A stretch of 36,748 bases of DNA, from the NCBI GenBank assembly GCA_035650735.1, contig DASRGZ010000044.1, forward strand, positions 1 to 36,748. Direction: 5' to 3'. A program made the position numbers and the translations under genes. Shown in pieces: positions 7,219-17,437 of this stretch; position 1 is the stretch's first letter; each line of letters begins with the position of its first letter. A model generated the notes under the pieces. That model saw only the letters and a list, made by a program, of their open reading frames with translations, searched no databases and was not told the origin of the DNA. The stretch is from Chthonomonadaceae bacterium. Lineage in GTDB: Bacteria > Armatimonadota > Chthonomonadetes > Chthonomonadales > Chthonomonadaceae.

Positions 7219-9945
7219 TCAGCGGAAGAACAGCGGTCGGGTCTCCCCGATGACCTGGAACGCCGCCCAGTAGTAGGGCGCTGCCTTTTCCCGCTTGACC
7301 AGAAGCATCGCCTGCCGCAGCGCCGCGTCTTTCGGGCGGCCTGCCTTGAGCGCCCGATAGAAGGCTACCATTAGCCGCGCGGTCGCCGCATCCTCTACCT
7401 TCCATTGCGAGGCGACGATGCTGGGGCAGCTCGCCGCACGAAACGCCCAGACCAGCCCCAGCAGCCCCTCGCCCCCGCTTGGCTGTCCCTGGGCCGTCTC
7501 GCATGCCGAGAGCACCGCCAGCCGCGCCATCAGCGGGATCTCGGCGACCTCCTGGGCCTCCAGCACGCCATCTTCGCCTTCGCCTGCCGCCAGCGCCAGG
7601 AAAGACCGCAGGCCGTTACTGGCGTTGGCGTAACCGTGCGCGGCAAAGTGAAGGAGGGCGTACCGGCCCATGAGCCGCTTGACCTCTCGCTCCTTCGCGG
7701 CGGCACCCTCCAGGATTCGCGCGTGCGGGAACATCGCCGCGATGGCCCTGCCTTCGGCGCGGGCGTAGGGCAGCGTGCCGGCCATAGACCGCATTCGGCG
7801 GGCAAATCGTTGTGCGCCTGCCTCCGTCGGGACTACGCACAGCAGGGTCGCGTGCGGCCTGGCTTTACTGCTCGGCCAGGTCAGCGTCCCCAGGGAGATG
7901 GCAGAGGCCAGCGGAAAGCGCTCGGCTAGACGCCGCCCGCTGCCATCCAGCAACGCGGCGAAAGGAATACTGAGCAGCGGGCCGTCGGCCACCAGAACCA
8001 GGTGGTGATAGCGGCCCGCGCGCAGCAGCCCGGCCTTCTCCAATGGGGCCAGCAGGGCCGCGTAGAGGGCATGGGCATGTTGCGGCTCCGTGGGATGCCG
8101 GCTCAGGATGGCGGTACGCCAGTTGGCGGCCATTGGAGTGAGCCGGTCGGCGCCGATAGGCAGCCGGAAGGCGTGCATTCCGCTCCGGGAGAGCGCGAAC
8201 AGCAGTGTTGTGCGCGCATCCACGACCGCCCACTCCAGAAAGAGCGTATCCCGGCGGCGCTGCGCCAGACGTTTCAGGTCAGCGGGGGTGGAGTACTGGA
8301 ATCCGGCAAGGCGGCGGTAGGCGCCGTATTCCGGCCTGGCGAATAGGCCGTCACGGAACCGGGCCGCCTCATTCTCGGCTTGCCGGCGGCGCTCCCGCGC
8401 CTGGAGGATCTGCTGCGCGAGGCGCTGCTGGTCCGCCGCGTCGGCCGGGAGGTCCTGGTTTAAGAGGGCCTGCAGGAGATCGTCGGCGAGGAGCGCTGCT
8501 TCCGAGAGCGCCTTGAGCCGCCGGGCATCGGCGGGCTTGAGAAGACGTTCCAGGGGCGTGCGGCTCTGCCGTGCCTGCCGCGCCAATCCCTGCCCGCGTC
8601 CGCGCTCGATGACGGCGAGGGCCTGCTCCGGGCGGCGTGTCAGCAGCAGCGCGGCATAGCGCGCATAGAGGTTGCCCTGATTGGCCTGCTGGAAGGCGCC
8701 CATCCGGCCCGGATCGCCGATCTGCTGGCCGACCGCCTCATAGTGCTGTATCGCCTGACGGTAGCAGCCTTCGGCCCGCTCGGGCTGGCCGAGCCGCTCA
8801 TAGAGACGACCCAGGTTACTCAGAGCCGTTGCCAGTTCTTGCCGATTGCCTACCTGCTCAAAGAGCGCCAGCGCGCGCGTATAGCAATCCAGCGCTTGCT
8901 GAGACTGGCCCTGACCGTCGTAGACGCTGCCCAGATTGTTGAGGCTCTGGGCGATGTCCTGACGGTTGCCTAGCGGCTCCTTAAGCGCCAGCGCGCGCCT
9001 ATAGTACTCTTGGGCCTTCTCAAACTGGTTTTGGTTGAAATAGACGTTGCCCAGGTTCCCCAGCGCATAGGCTGCGTTTTGGGTATCGCCGGACTTCTCG
9101 AACAGTTTCAGGGCGCGTCTGTAGGCATCCACGGCTTTCTCGAACTGTCCCATGTTCGCGTACACATTGCCCAGGTTGGTCTGGCTGACGCCGATTCGTT
9201 GCGCGTCGCCCGCCTTTTCCAGCAGCGCCATGGCGCGGTTGTGATAATCGAGCGCTCTTTGGTACTGGCCCAGGTTGTTATAGATATTGCCCAGGGAGTT
9301 GTAGCTGGAGGCCATCGCCTGGGTATCGGCAAGTTCCTCCTGGAGCGCCAGAGCGCGGTCAGCGCACTCCAGCGCCTTATCGAACTGCCCCAGGCTCTCA
9401 TAGACGCTGCCCAGGGCGTCGAGCATATAGGCGCGTTCCGCCGGATTCTCTAATTTCTCTTCGATTTCGACCGCGCGCTGATAGAGCTTCACCGCCCTCT
9501 CGAGCAGGCCCAGCTGATAACAGGCGTAGCCCAGGTTATTGAGGGAATGGGCGATGTCCGATGGACTGCCCCGTTGCTCCCGCAGGGTCAGGGCGCGGCC
9601 ATAGTAGTCCAGGGCTTTGGGAAACTGGTTCTGTTGAAAATAGACGTTGCCCAGGGCGTTCAGGAAAGCGGCAACGCGGGATTGGTTTCCTGCCGCCTGC
9701 GCCCTGGCCCATCCGGCCTGGAACGCCTTCTCCGCCGCCGCGAACTTCCCTTGCGCCAGGGCTTGCCCGCCTTCCTGGAACAGCCGGTCAAGCTCCTGCT
9801 GCACGGGGGAAGGCGAAGCGGTAGGAGCCTGTGGATTGCCCGTAGTGATCGCCTGAGACGCTGCCGGGGAGGGAAGGCTGCCGAGGCCAACGCTCAGGCT
9901 GACGGCGCAGAGGATGGGGACAAGCGAATGGGCGCGAGAGGACAT
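7219..9945 (-). CDS. TPR-repeat + CHAT (caspase-like) domain protein with signal peptide
   Basis: About 9 TPR repeats (LNNLGNVY...YQRAL). CHAT motifs VLVADGPL, LHFAAHG, VLSACETA and SQWKVED. GGAGG RBS upstream of ATG 9945. Confidence 0.92.
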   Translation of the reverse strand: MSSRAHSLVPILCAVSLSVGLGSLPSPAASQAITTGNPQAPTASPSPVQQELDRLFQEGGQALAQGKFAAAEKAFQAGWARAQAAGNQSRVAAFLNALGNVYFQQNQFPKALDYYGRALTLREQRGSPSDIAHSLNNLGYACYQLGLLERAVKLYQRAVEIEEKLENPAERAYMLDALGSVYESLGQFDKALECADRALALQEELADTQAMASSYNSLGNIYNNLGQYQRALDYHNRAMALLEKAGDAQRIGVSQTNLGNVYANMGQFEKAVDAYRRALKLFEKSGDTQNAAYALGNLGNVYFNQNQFEKAQEYYRRALALKEPLGNRQDIAQSLNNLGSVYDGQGQSQQALDCYTRALALFEQVGNRQELATALSNLGRLYERLGQPERAEGCYRQAIQHYEAVGQQIGDPGRMGAFQQANQGNLYARYAALLLTRRPEQALAVIERGRGQGLARQARQSRTPLERLLKPADARRLKALSEAALLADDLLQALLNQDLPADAADQQRLAQQILQARERRRQAENEAARFRDGLFARPEYGAYRRLAGFQYSTPADLKRLAQRRRDTLFLEWAVVDARTTLLFALSRSGMHAFRLPIGADRLTPMAANWRTAILSRHPTEPQHAHALYAALLAPLEKAGLLRAGRYHHLVLVADGPLLSIPFAALLDGSGRRLAERFPLASAISLGTLTWPSSKARPHATLLCVVPTEAGAQRFARRMRSMAGTLPYARAEGRAIAAMFPHARILEGAAAKEREVKRLMGRYALLHFAAHGYANASNGLRSFLALAAGEGEDGVLEAQEVAEIPLMARLAVLSACETAQGQPSGGEGLLGLVWAFRAASCPSIVASQWKVEDAATARLMVAFYRALKAGRPKDAALRQAMLLVKREKAAPYYWAAFQVIGETRPLFFR

Positions 9946-10100
9946 AGGGAGAACCTCCTGTGCCTGGCAAGAGACGCAAGACATATCGGAATTCGCCGCC
10001 CGGAAGCGCGATTCCTGCCGGCTTGACGCGCAAGCAGGAGATGTCCCAGGGTCTCACGAATCAGGGCGTAATACTGTGGTATTCGAGCTAGGAGAGCGCC

Positions 10101-12752
10101 ATGTCTGGCCCGCCGACCGGAACCGTCACCTTTCTGTTCACCGATATCGAGGGCAGTACTCAACTCTGGGAGCGCAACCCGGAGGCTATGCGCCCCGTCC
10201 TGGAGCGGCATAACGCGCTCTTACAGGCCGCTATCCAAGCCCATAACGGCCACGTCTTCAAAACCATCGGGGATGCCTTCTGTGCCGTCTTCGCCGCGCC
10301 CGCCGAAGCCCTCCAGGCCGCTCTCTCCGCCCAGCGCGCTCTCCATACCGAATCTTGGCCAGCCGATCTGCCGCTGCGCGTGCGTATGGCCTTACATACC
10401 GGGACGGTGGAAGAGAGCCGAGGAGATTATTTCGGGCCGCCGCTCAACCGCGTGGCTCGCCTGCTGGCTATCGGACACGGCGGGCAGGTGCTGCTCTCGG
10501 AGGCCGCAGAGGGATTGGCCAGCGGCCTGCTGCCGGAGGGCGCCTCTCTGCGGGATATGGGCTTGCACCGTCTCAAGGACTTGCAGCAGCCCGAGCATGT
10601 CTGGCAGCTCTGCCATCCCGACTTGCCTGATGATTTCCTGCCCCTGCGCTCTCTCTCCCCGGAGACGACCAACCTGCCCGTGCAGGCGACCTCGTTCATC
10701 GGGCGCGAGCGGGAGATAGCCCAGATCAAGGGGTTGCTCTTCCGGACCCGCCTGCTCACCCTCACCGGTTCCGGGGGCTGCGGCAAGACAAGGCTGGCTT
10801 TGCAAGTGGCCGCTGACCTGCTGGAAGAGTACCAGGATGGCGTCTGGCTGGCCGAGTTGGCCCCGCTCTCCGACCCTGACCTGGTAGCCCAGACCATCGC
10901 AGGCGTGCTGGGCCTGCGGGAAGAGCCAGGCAAACCTCTCACGCACACCCTGGTCGAACACCTCAAATCGAAGCGCCTGCTGCTCCTGCTGGATAACTGC
11001 GAGCACGTTCTGGAGGCCTGTGTGCGCCTGGCCGATGCTTTCTTAAAGCAGTGTCCTCATCTGCGCCTCCTGATCACCAGCCGCCAGGCATTGGGCATCG
11101 CGGGGGAGGCTCTCTATCGCGTTCCCTCTCTGGGCCTGCCCGATCTTGAGCCGCTGCCTCCCGCAGAGGTGCTGGCGCAGACCGAGTCGGTGCGCCTGTT
11201 TGCCGCCCGCGCGCAGGCTGTTCTGCCCACCTTTGCCGTCACCTTACACAATGCTCCCGCTCTGGCCCACATCTGTCGGCGGCTGGATGGCATCCCTCTA
11301 GCCCTGGAGTTGGCGGCAGCGCGCGTGCGTGCCCTGCCCGTCGAGCAGATGGAGGCTCGGCTCAGTGACCGCTTCCGGCTGCTGACCGGAGGCAGCCGCA
11401 CCGCCCTGCCCCGCCAGCAGACCTTGCGGGCCCTCATTGACTGGAGCTATGACTTACTCACTCAACAGGAGAGAACCCTGCTCCACCGTCTGTCGGCGTT
11501 TGCTGGAGGGGCCACTCTGGAAGCCTGCGAGCAGGTGTGTGCGGGAGAAGAGGTAGAAGAGTGGGAAGTGCTGGACGTGCTGACCTCGCTGGTGGATAAG
11601 TCGCTGGTGGTCTACGAGGAGAGAGAGGGCACCGCCCGCTACCGTCTGCTGGAGACCATCCGAGAGTATGCCAGGCAGAAACTGACCCAGACAGAGGAGG
11701 GGGAAAGCCTGCAAGCCCGGCATCGGGACTACTTCCTGTCTCTGACGGAGGAGGCAAAAGAGAAACTGAGAGGGCCGGAACAGGCCGAATGGCTGGAGAG
11801 GCTGGAGACCGAGCATGATAACCTGCGGGCTGCCCTGGATTGCTGCCTGGAGCAGAAGGAGGGCACAGAGACGGGGTTGCGCCTGGCAGGGGCATTATCG
11901 CGGTTCTGGCTAGCGCATGGGTATCTGAGTGAGGGCCGTCAGCGTCTGGCTCGGGCACTGGAGCGGGAGGCCGGTTCTGAGCCGAGTAAGGCATGGGCAG
12001 AGGCTTTAGAAGGAGCGGGTCTTCTAGCCTGGATGCAAGGCGACTATACGGCAGCCCGGTCGTTGTTTGAGCAAAGCCTGGCTCGCCGGCAAGAATTGGG
12101 GGACAAGCAAGGCATCGCCAGTTCACTCAACAACCTGGGCAACATAGCCTATGAGCAGGGGGATTATGCCTCCGCGCGTTCGCTGTATGAACAGAGCCTG
12201 GACATCCAGCGGGAACTGGGCGATAAGCGGGGCATTGCCATTGCGCTCAGCAACCTGGGCATGGTGGCCTATGATCAGAGGGATTATGCTTCGGCGCGGA
12301 CGCTGCAAGAAGAAAGTTTGGCTCTTCGGCGGGAACTGGGCGACAAGCAAGGCATTGCTATTTCGCTGGGCAGCCTGGGGCTGATCCTGTTCGAGCTAGG
12401 CAGCTATACCACCGCCCGCATGTTCCTTGCCGAGTGTCTGGCCCTCTGCCACGAGCTGGGCGAAAAGTACTATACCACGCAGGCCCTCGAAGGCTTAGCC
12501 AAACTGGCCCACGCCCAACACCAGCCGGAACGAGCCGCACGGCTCTACGGAGCGGCGCAAGCCCTGCGCGAAGCCATCGGCGCTCCACTGCCGCAGAACG
12601 AGCGCGCCGAGTACGAGCGTATCCAGGCCGACCTGCGGGCCGCGCTCGGTGAAGACGGCTACCAGGCCGGCTTGGCTGCGGGGCACTCTCTCTCGTTGGA
12701 ACAGACCATCGCGTATGCGCTGGAGGAGTCAGCCGCCGGAAAGCAAGCCTGA
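10101..12752 (+). CDS. Class III adenylate/guanylate cyclase + STAND-type NTPase + TPR protein
   Basis: FLFTDIEGST, KTIGDAF and NRVARL (cyclase). GSGGCGKTRL, LLLDNCEH and LDGIPLALELAA (NTPase). C-terminal TPRs. AGGAG RBS. Confidence 0.93.
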   Translation: MSGPPTGTVTFLFTDIEGSTQLWERNPEAMRPVLERHNALLQAAIQAHNGHVFKTIGDAFCAVFAAPAEALQAALSAQRALHTESWPADLPLRVRMALHTGTVEESRGDYFGPPLNRVARLLAIGHGGQVLLSEAAEGLASGLLPEGASLRDMGLHRLKDLQQPEHVWQLCHPDLPDDFLPLRSLSPETTNLPVQATSFIGREREIAQIKGLLFRTRLLTLTGSGGCGKTRLALQVAADLLEEYQDGVWLAELAPLSDPDLVAQTIAGVLGLREEPGKPLTHTLVEHLKSKRLLLLLDNCEHVLEACVRLADAFLKQCPHLRLLITSRQALGIAGEALYRVPSLGLPDLEPLPPAEVLAQTESVRLFAARAQAVLPTFAVTLHNAPALAHICRRLDGIPLALELAAARVRALPVEQMEARLSDRFRLLTGGSRTALPRQQTLRALIDWSYDLLTQQERTLLHRLSAFAGGATLEACEQVCAGEEVEEWEVLDVLTSLVDKSLVVYEEREGTARYRLLETIREYARQKLTQTEEGESLQARHRDYFLSLTEEAKEKLRGPEQAEWLERLETEHDNLRAALDCCLEQKEGTETGLRLAGALSRFWLAHGYLSEGRQRLARALEREAGSEPSKAWAEALEGAGLLAWMQGDYTAARSLFEQSLARRQELGDKQGIASSLNNLGNIAYEQGDYASARSLYEQSLDIQRELGDKRGIAIALSNLGMVAYDQRDYASARTLQEESLALRRELGDKQGIAISLGSLGLILFELGSYTTARMFLAECLALCHELGEKYYTTQALEGLAKLAHAQHQPERAARLYGAAQALREAIGAPLPQNERAEYERIQADLRAALGEDGYQAGLAAGHSLSLEQTIAYALEESAAGKQA

Positions 12753-12781
12753 TAGCCTGGTGTGATCGCGCCGTATCTGCA

Positions 12782-12816
12782 TTCCCGGCCCGGCAGAATA
12801 CCTGCCAGGCCGGGAA
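12782..12816. terminator. Hairpin between convergent genes (possible bidirectional terminator)
   Basis: TTCCCGGCC-CGGCAG-AATAC-CTGCCA-GGCCGGGAA. Confidence 0.5.
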
Positions 12817-12853
12817 GACAAGGAAAGTCGCAAAGCAAGCGCTTCTTCCTGCC

Positions 12854-13720
12854 TCAGATCAGTAAGGACGCCGCCAGCGGCGGGGTGATCTGCTGGCCGC
12901 CTCCCGCGCTGATGCGGAAGAGCGCATCATTGACGATCAATCCCGGCAGCAGCCGCGTAAACGTATCCACTTGCTGCCGTATCTCCTCCAGGTCGGCCTG
13001 TCCTGCTAGCGCCGCCCTAATCTCCCCTTCGTCGAAACCGATCTCTGGCCGCAGGCGATCCGCGCGTTCCTCAGCCATCTGCGTCAATTCCGCTATCAAG
13101 CGCTGGTACTCCTCGCGATCCCGCCACGGCTTGATGTCCTCCCAGGCACCCCGCAAAAACTCCGGCCACTTCGCCAGCGCCTGATAGTCGGAGTTCACCA
13201 GCGGCAGTCCGAGTGTCTGCTTGATACTCTCGTAAAGCTGTCGGACATCCGGCGGGGCGTGCTCCGCATCCACCATCTCGATCTGCGGCTGCCGATAGGG
13301 GCTGGGCGCGCGGCGCGGCGGGTTGCTGCCCGGCTGGCCGACGGTCTGGCCTTGCAGCGCGCGGCTTAACGCCACCTGCAGGATCAGCAACTGCGGGTTG
13401 CCAAACTCGAAGGCGTCAATCTCCCAGGCGATCCGCTCCCGCTCAGCTTCCGTGGTATCCACCTGGTATGACGGCCAGTACCATTGCATCGCGTCCTGGT
13501 AGGCGCGCTCGGTGATTGCCAGCGCATCCTCCAGAAACGGCTCGGTGGCGGTGGCCGGCTTGACCCGCTCCCAGAAGAGGCGCAGCAGATCGGGATAGCG
13601 GGCGTAGGTCCGCCAGTTGGCGGGCTGCCAGGGGATGCCCAGCGTATTCTGGATGTCCTCCAGGAGGGCCTGCGCCTCCGGAGGCGTCTGGTTTTGTGCA
13701 ATCGGTTGATGGGCGATCAT
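12854..13720 (-). CDS. DehI-family halocarboxylic acid dehalogenase-like protein
   Basis: Two similar halves (DIQNTLGIPW...ARYP; SIKQTLGLPLVNSDYQALAKWP) and LLPGLIVN. AGGAGG RBS. Confidence 0.8.
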   Translation of the reverse strand: MIAHQPIAQNQTPPEAQALLEDIQNTLGIPWQPANWRTYARYPDLLRLFWERVKPATATEPFLEDALAITERAYQDAMQWYWPSYQVDTTEAERERIAWEIDAFEFGNPQLLILQVALSRALQGQTVGQPGSNPPRRAPSPYRQPQIEMVDAEHAPPDVRQLYESIKQTLGLPLVNSDYQALAKWPEFLRGAWEDIKPWRDREEYQRLIAELTQMAEERADRLRPEIGFDEGEIRAALAGQADLEEIRQQVDTFTRLLPGLIVNDALFRISAGGGQQITPPLAASLLI

Positions 13721-13765
13721 AACTTACCTCCTGATAGGTCCTGCTTTCCTTTCCTGCGTGGTACG

Positions 13766-14686
13766 TTAGCTAGTATCCTTCCCGCCGGATAGCAGCGCTT
13801 GCAGGCGTCGGCGCGGCGCCTCTAGGGAGTCCGCTGCCTCCATCCGCTCCCACGGGTCGCCTCTCTGTGCCAGACGTTCTGGAATGGTGCGGAGCGTGTA
13901 ACGGTCGGACGTAAGCTCCGGATCGTCGAGCTCGCTCCAGCCCAATGGGGTTGCCACCGGCGCGCTCGCTCTGGCCCGCACGGAGTAGGGCGCTACCGTC
14001 GTCTGCGCGTAGGCGTTGCGCAGGATGTCCACATAGAGGCGACCGCCGCGCTGCTCCTTGCGCGGCTCGGTGGTACGCCGGTCGGGGTCGCGCCGCACCA
14101 ATGCTTCGGCCACCTGGTGAGCAAAATGCCGCACCGTATCAAAATCCGTCTTCGGGGCCAGGGCCACCAGAACATGGAGGCCGCGCGAGCCGGTCGTCAT
14201 GAGGTAAGCCGTGAGGCCGAGCTCTGCCAGCAGGTCGCGCAGATCGCGGGCGGCGGAACGGGCCAGCGCAAAATCGGTATCCGGCGGGTCCAGATCGAAA
14301 GCCATACGGTCGGGAAAATCGAGATGATCTACCCGGCTCAGCCAGACATGCAGCGTGATGCAGTCCTGATTAGCCAGATAGACCAACGTGGCGGCGTTGT
14401 CGCAGACGGCCTGCGTCAGGCGGCCCTGTTCTTTTGCCACGGAGACGCGCCGGATCCAGTCGGGGTAGTAATCCGGCGCTTCCTTCTGAATGAAGCCGCC
14501 CTTTGCCAGCCCGCCGGGAAAGCGGTGCAGGGTAAGTGGCCGGCCCTGAAGGTGCGGAAGCATCGTGTCGGCCATGTCGCGATAGTAGGCGATCAGGTCC
14601 CCCTTGGTGATGCCGGCCTCGGGAAAGAGTACACGATCCGTATGCGTCAGCTCGATACGGTGAGGCCCGATAGTGACGGTGCGCAT
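13766..14686 (-). CDS. ligD: Stand-alone LigD polymerase (primase-polymerase) domain protein of NHEJ
   Basis: ITKGDLIAYY, RPLTLHRFP, FDLDP, TTGSRGLHV, YVDILRN and VAPYSVRAR. Start MRTVTIG at 14686 with GGAG RBS. Confidence 0.9.
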   Translation of the reverse strand: MRTVTIGPHRIELTHTDRVLFPEAGITKGDLIAYYRDMADTMLPHLQGRPLTLHRFPGGLAKGGFIQKEAPDYYPDWIRRVSVAKEQGRLTQAVCDNAATLVYLANQDCITLHVWLSRVDHLDFPDRMAFDLDPPDTDFALARSAARDLRDLLAELGLTAYLMTTGSRGLHVLVALAPKTDFDTVRHFAHQVAEALVRRDPDRRTTEPRKEQRGGRLYVDILRNAYAQTTVAPYSVRARASAPVATPLGWSELDDPELTSDRYTLRTIPERLAQRGDPWERMEAADSLEAPRRRLQALLSGGKDTS

Positions 14687-14971
14687 CGGTTTGTGGCTCC
14701 ACTCCCTGCGGGAAGCGGCCCACCGCTTCCCCATGCTTTTATCGCAAGTAGATCGTCTCAGCGGCGAGAAAGGCATCCAACTGCGGTAGTATATTTGCCC
14801 CCGCAATTTAGGGGGCCAGCAGGAATACGCAACGAAAAAGCGGCGAGCCGTCCTTGTTTTTCGGCTTGCCATTTGGAGGCGGCAGGGGCCTCTGGCCCCT
14901 GGAACCATCCATCAGAATAATCGGGTATCCTAAACAGTAGTGAGGTCACACTACCGAAAGGAAATCGTCCT

Positions 14972-15535
14972 ATGAGAGTAGCGTTCCTGCCCGCTATCGG
15001 CCTGGCCGCCTTGCTCGCGCTGCCTCTCGGCTGCCAGGAATCGCAAAACCAGCAAGCCGGGCCATCGGGAGAAAACGCAAGCCCGCAAACCCAGTCCGGT
15101 ATGCCCAACGATGACATCCATCGGGCGTTTGCCGCCCGCCCCAACGCCGGGATGCCTATGGGCGGGCAGGTACCGCCGTTTGCGGGCGGGGGCCCGATGG
15201 CCGGCAAATCCCTGACTCCAGAGGAGGCGCTCAAAGTCGCCCCGACGCTCGATCCGAATCTCGCTCCCTTAAAAAAGGCGATGGAGACCGCCGAGGCGAA
15301 CTGGAAACATAACCCTGCCGATCCGCAGGCGAAGGCGGCCTATGTAGAGGCAACCTACCAATACGGCCATGCGGTGATGGAGGACGGGCAGAAGCAGCCG
15401 CGCATCATGTATCGGGCGGCGCTGGCCCTGTATCGGCGGGCGCTGGCCGTAGATCCGGGCCACAAGCCAAGCCTGGAAGATAAGCAGTTGATCGAGTCGA
15501 TCTATCAGTCCATGGGAATGCCTATCCCGAAATAA
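14972..15535 (+). CDS. Hypothetical lipoprotein with a C-terminal TPR-like helix pair
   Basis: Lipobox-like LPLGC after a hydrophobic stretch. YRAALALYRRALAVDP. Confidence 0.75.
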   Translation: MRVAFLPAIGLAALLALPLGCQESQNQQAGPSGENASPQTQSGMPNDDIHRAFAARPNAGMPMGGQVPPFAGGGPMAGKSLTPEEALKVAPTLDPNLAPLKKAMETAEANWKHNPADPQAKAAYVEATYQYGHAVMEDGQKQPRIMYRAALALYRRALAVDPGHKPSLEDKQLIESIYQSMGMPIPK

Positions 15536-15546
15536 GGAGCGTTGCG

Positions 15547-16080
15547 ATGCGATTTTGGCCCTCATCCATAGGCGCAAGCCTGCTCGCCATCGCGGTCCTG
15601 GGCGCCGGGCTCGGAATGGCGTGTGCGAACGAGGAGCAGGGGAAGGCGCGCTCCCAGCCCTCCGGCCCTCTCGACCGCCCGGTGCACGGCATTGCGGTTA
15701 ACGTCAAGACGGACAAGAAGACCTATGCCCTCAGCGAGCCGATACAGATCACGCTGACGGTCAAGAACACTTCCGGCGTCACGGCCAGGCTGCCGTTTTC
15801 CAGCGGGAAGCAGTATGACATCGAGATACGGCGCGGCAAGGGCCGCAATGGGGCGAAGGTCTGGCAGTGGTCGCAGGGAAAGATGTTCACCCAGATGCTC
15901 ATCACGCGCTCCCTGCCGCCCGGCAAAACGATGACCTTCAGCGCTACGTACAAACCGGAAACCACGGTGCTCAAGGATAAGGAGGGAATGACCCCCGGAA
16001 CCTATACGGTCATCGGCATTTTGACGACGATGGGGCGTATGCCCCGGCCCTCCGGCGCGACCGTGATCACAGTACATTAA
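15547..16080 (+). CDS. Exported BsuPI (intracellular proteinase inhibitor)-like Ig-fold protein
   Basis: Signal peptide. LTVKN...FSSGKQYDI...VWQWS.GKMFTQ...LPPG pattern. AAGGAG RBS. Confidence 0.8.
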   Translation: MRFWPSSIGASLLAIAVLGAGLGMACANEEQGKARSQPSGPLDRPVHGIAVNVKTDKKTYALSEPIQITLTVKNTSGVTARLPFSSGKQYDIEIRRGKGRNGAKVWQWSQGKMFTQMLITRSLPPGKTMTFSATYKPETTVLKDKEGMTPGTYTVIGILTTMGRMPRPSGATVITVH

Positions 16081-16100
16081 CCCGGCCAACGGGAATAAGG

Positions 16101-16140
16101 GAGGCGGTCAGGCGAAGATCGGCCTGCCGCCTCTGTTCTC
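16101..16140 (+). terminator. Probable intrinsic terminator
   Basis: GAGGCGGTCAGGC-GAAGATCG-GCCTGCCGCCTC followed by TGTTCTCT. Confidence 0.5.
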
Positions 16141-16273
16141 TGCAAGGGCGGGTTACAGCGGGCCATTTCTTTTTGCAGGCTGGGGTTGAGGTAGGACATT
16201 AACGAAAGTTATCCTATCCCCGACGCAATAAATTCACACGCGTGGAGTGTCGCTGGGGCTGAGGTAGCTATTG

Positions 16274-17437
16274 ATGAAAGTTGCCATGTTGACGACGGTG
16301 GGGGAGCGCTGCGGCATCGCCGCCTATACGCGCGCTCTGGTCGAGGGCTTGCGCACGCTGCCGGAGATGGAGGTAGAGGTAGTGTCCATCACGGAGGGCA
16401 AGCAGCCGACAGAGCACTACGTCGCGCAGGCCCAGCGCCTGAACGCCTCCGATGTGGATGTTGTCCATATCCAGCACGAGCATAGCTTCTGGGGCGGCAT
16501 CCTGCCCGGCGCTTCCGCCTTCTGGGAGATGCGCTACCTGATCCAGAAGCCCGTGGTGCTGACGGCCCATACGACCTACTCCCTGGCCGAAATGCTCAAA
16601 ATCAAGACCGAGCGCCGCCCGCATAAGTGGCTCGCCAAGCGGCTGCTCCTCCTCAACAAAGCCTACCGGGACAGCGTGGACATCGCTCCCTTCACGACAG
16701 CTATCACTATCGTCCATACGGCGGCGGCGCGCAACGAACTAATTACGCGCGGGGCCAAGCCGCAGTACGTCTTTATCGTGCCGACCGGTATCCCGGCGCC
16801 CTTGCCGGCCCCGACGGGCGGGCAGGCGTTTCGGGAGCGGTTTGGCTTGCAGGGGCGGCGGCTCGTCACCCTGTTCGGCTATATTGCTTACAATAAAGGC
16901 TATGAGCTTACGCTGGACATTCTGCCGGCGTTGCCGGAGGACGTGACGTTTGTGATCGCGGGCGGGGCGCGCAACGCGGACATGGAGCCTTATGCCGCGC
17001 AGTTGCAGCAGCGCATTGCGCGCTCTGAATTGGCCGAGCGCGTGGTCGTGACCGGGTTCCTCACCGACGCGGAGGTGGCGGAGGCGATGGAGGCCAGCGA
17101 GATCGTGCTGGTGCCGCACACGCAGGCAACCGGCTCCTATTCGGTGGCTATCCCACTGGCGCACGGCAGGCCGATCCTCGCCTCCGACCTGGACTGCTTC
17201 CGGGAGATCGCCGCGCGCGTAGACTGCCTGGAGCTGTTCCGCGCCGGGGACGTCGAGGACTACAGGGCTAAGCTCCAGGCGCTGTTGGATAACCCTGCCC
17301 GGCGCGAGCAGCTTGCAGCGGGAGCGCGCAAATATGCCGCGCGTTATTCCTGGCCGCGTGTCGCCGCCCAGACCCGCAACGTCTACCAGACCGCCATCCA
17401 GGTCTACGCCCCAACGTTTGCCGCGCAGGCGCGCTGA
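16274..17437 (+). CDS. Glycosyltransferase family 4 (GT-B)
   Basis: CGIAAYT, VHIQHE, FGYIAYNKG, GRPILASD and YSWPRVA. Confidence 0.9.
   Translation: MKVAMLTTVGERCGIAAYTRALVEGLRTLPEMEVEVVSITEGKQPTEHYVAQAQRLNASDVDVVHIQHEHSFWGGILPGASAFWEMRYLIQKPVVLTAHTTYSLAEMLKIKTERRPHKWLAKRLLLLNKAYRDSVDIAPFTTAITIVHTAAARNELITRGAKPQYVFIVPTGIPAPLPAPTGGQAFRERFGLQGRRLVTLFGYIAYNKGYELTLDILPALPEDVTFVIAGGARNADMEPYAAQLQQRIARSELAERVVVTGFLTDAEVAEAMEASEIVLVPHTQATGSYSVAIPLAHGRPILASDLDCFREIAARVDCLELFRAGDVEDYRAKLQALLDNPARREQLAAGARKYAARYSWPRVAAQTRNVYQTAIQVYAPTFAAQAR

Noticed and set aside
8700..9660. Periodic repeats (TAGACGTTGCCCAG etc.), also at 12030-12380 and 26580-27000
   Set aside because: Coding repeats of TPR and HAF units, not CRISPR or DGR repeats.
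13766..14908. Long N-terminal extensions in the ORF track (14908; also 9984, 2693, 22887, 28422, 32586)
   Set aside because: Downstream starts have RBSs and coincide with the start of recognisable domains.
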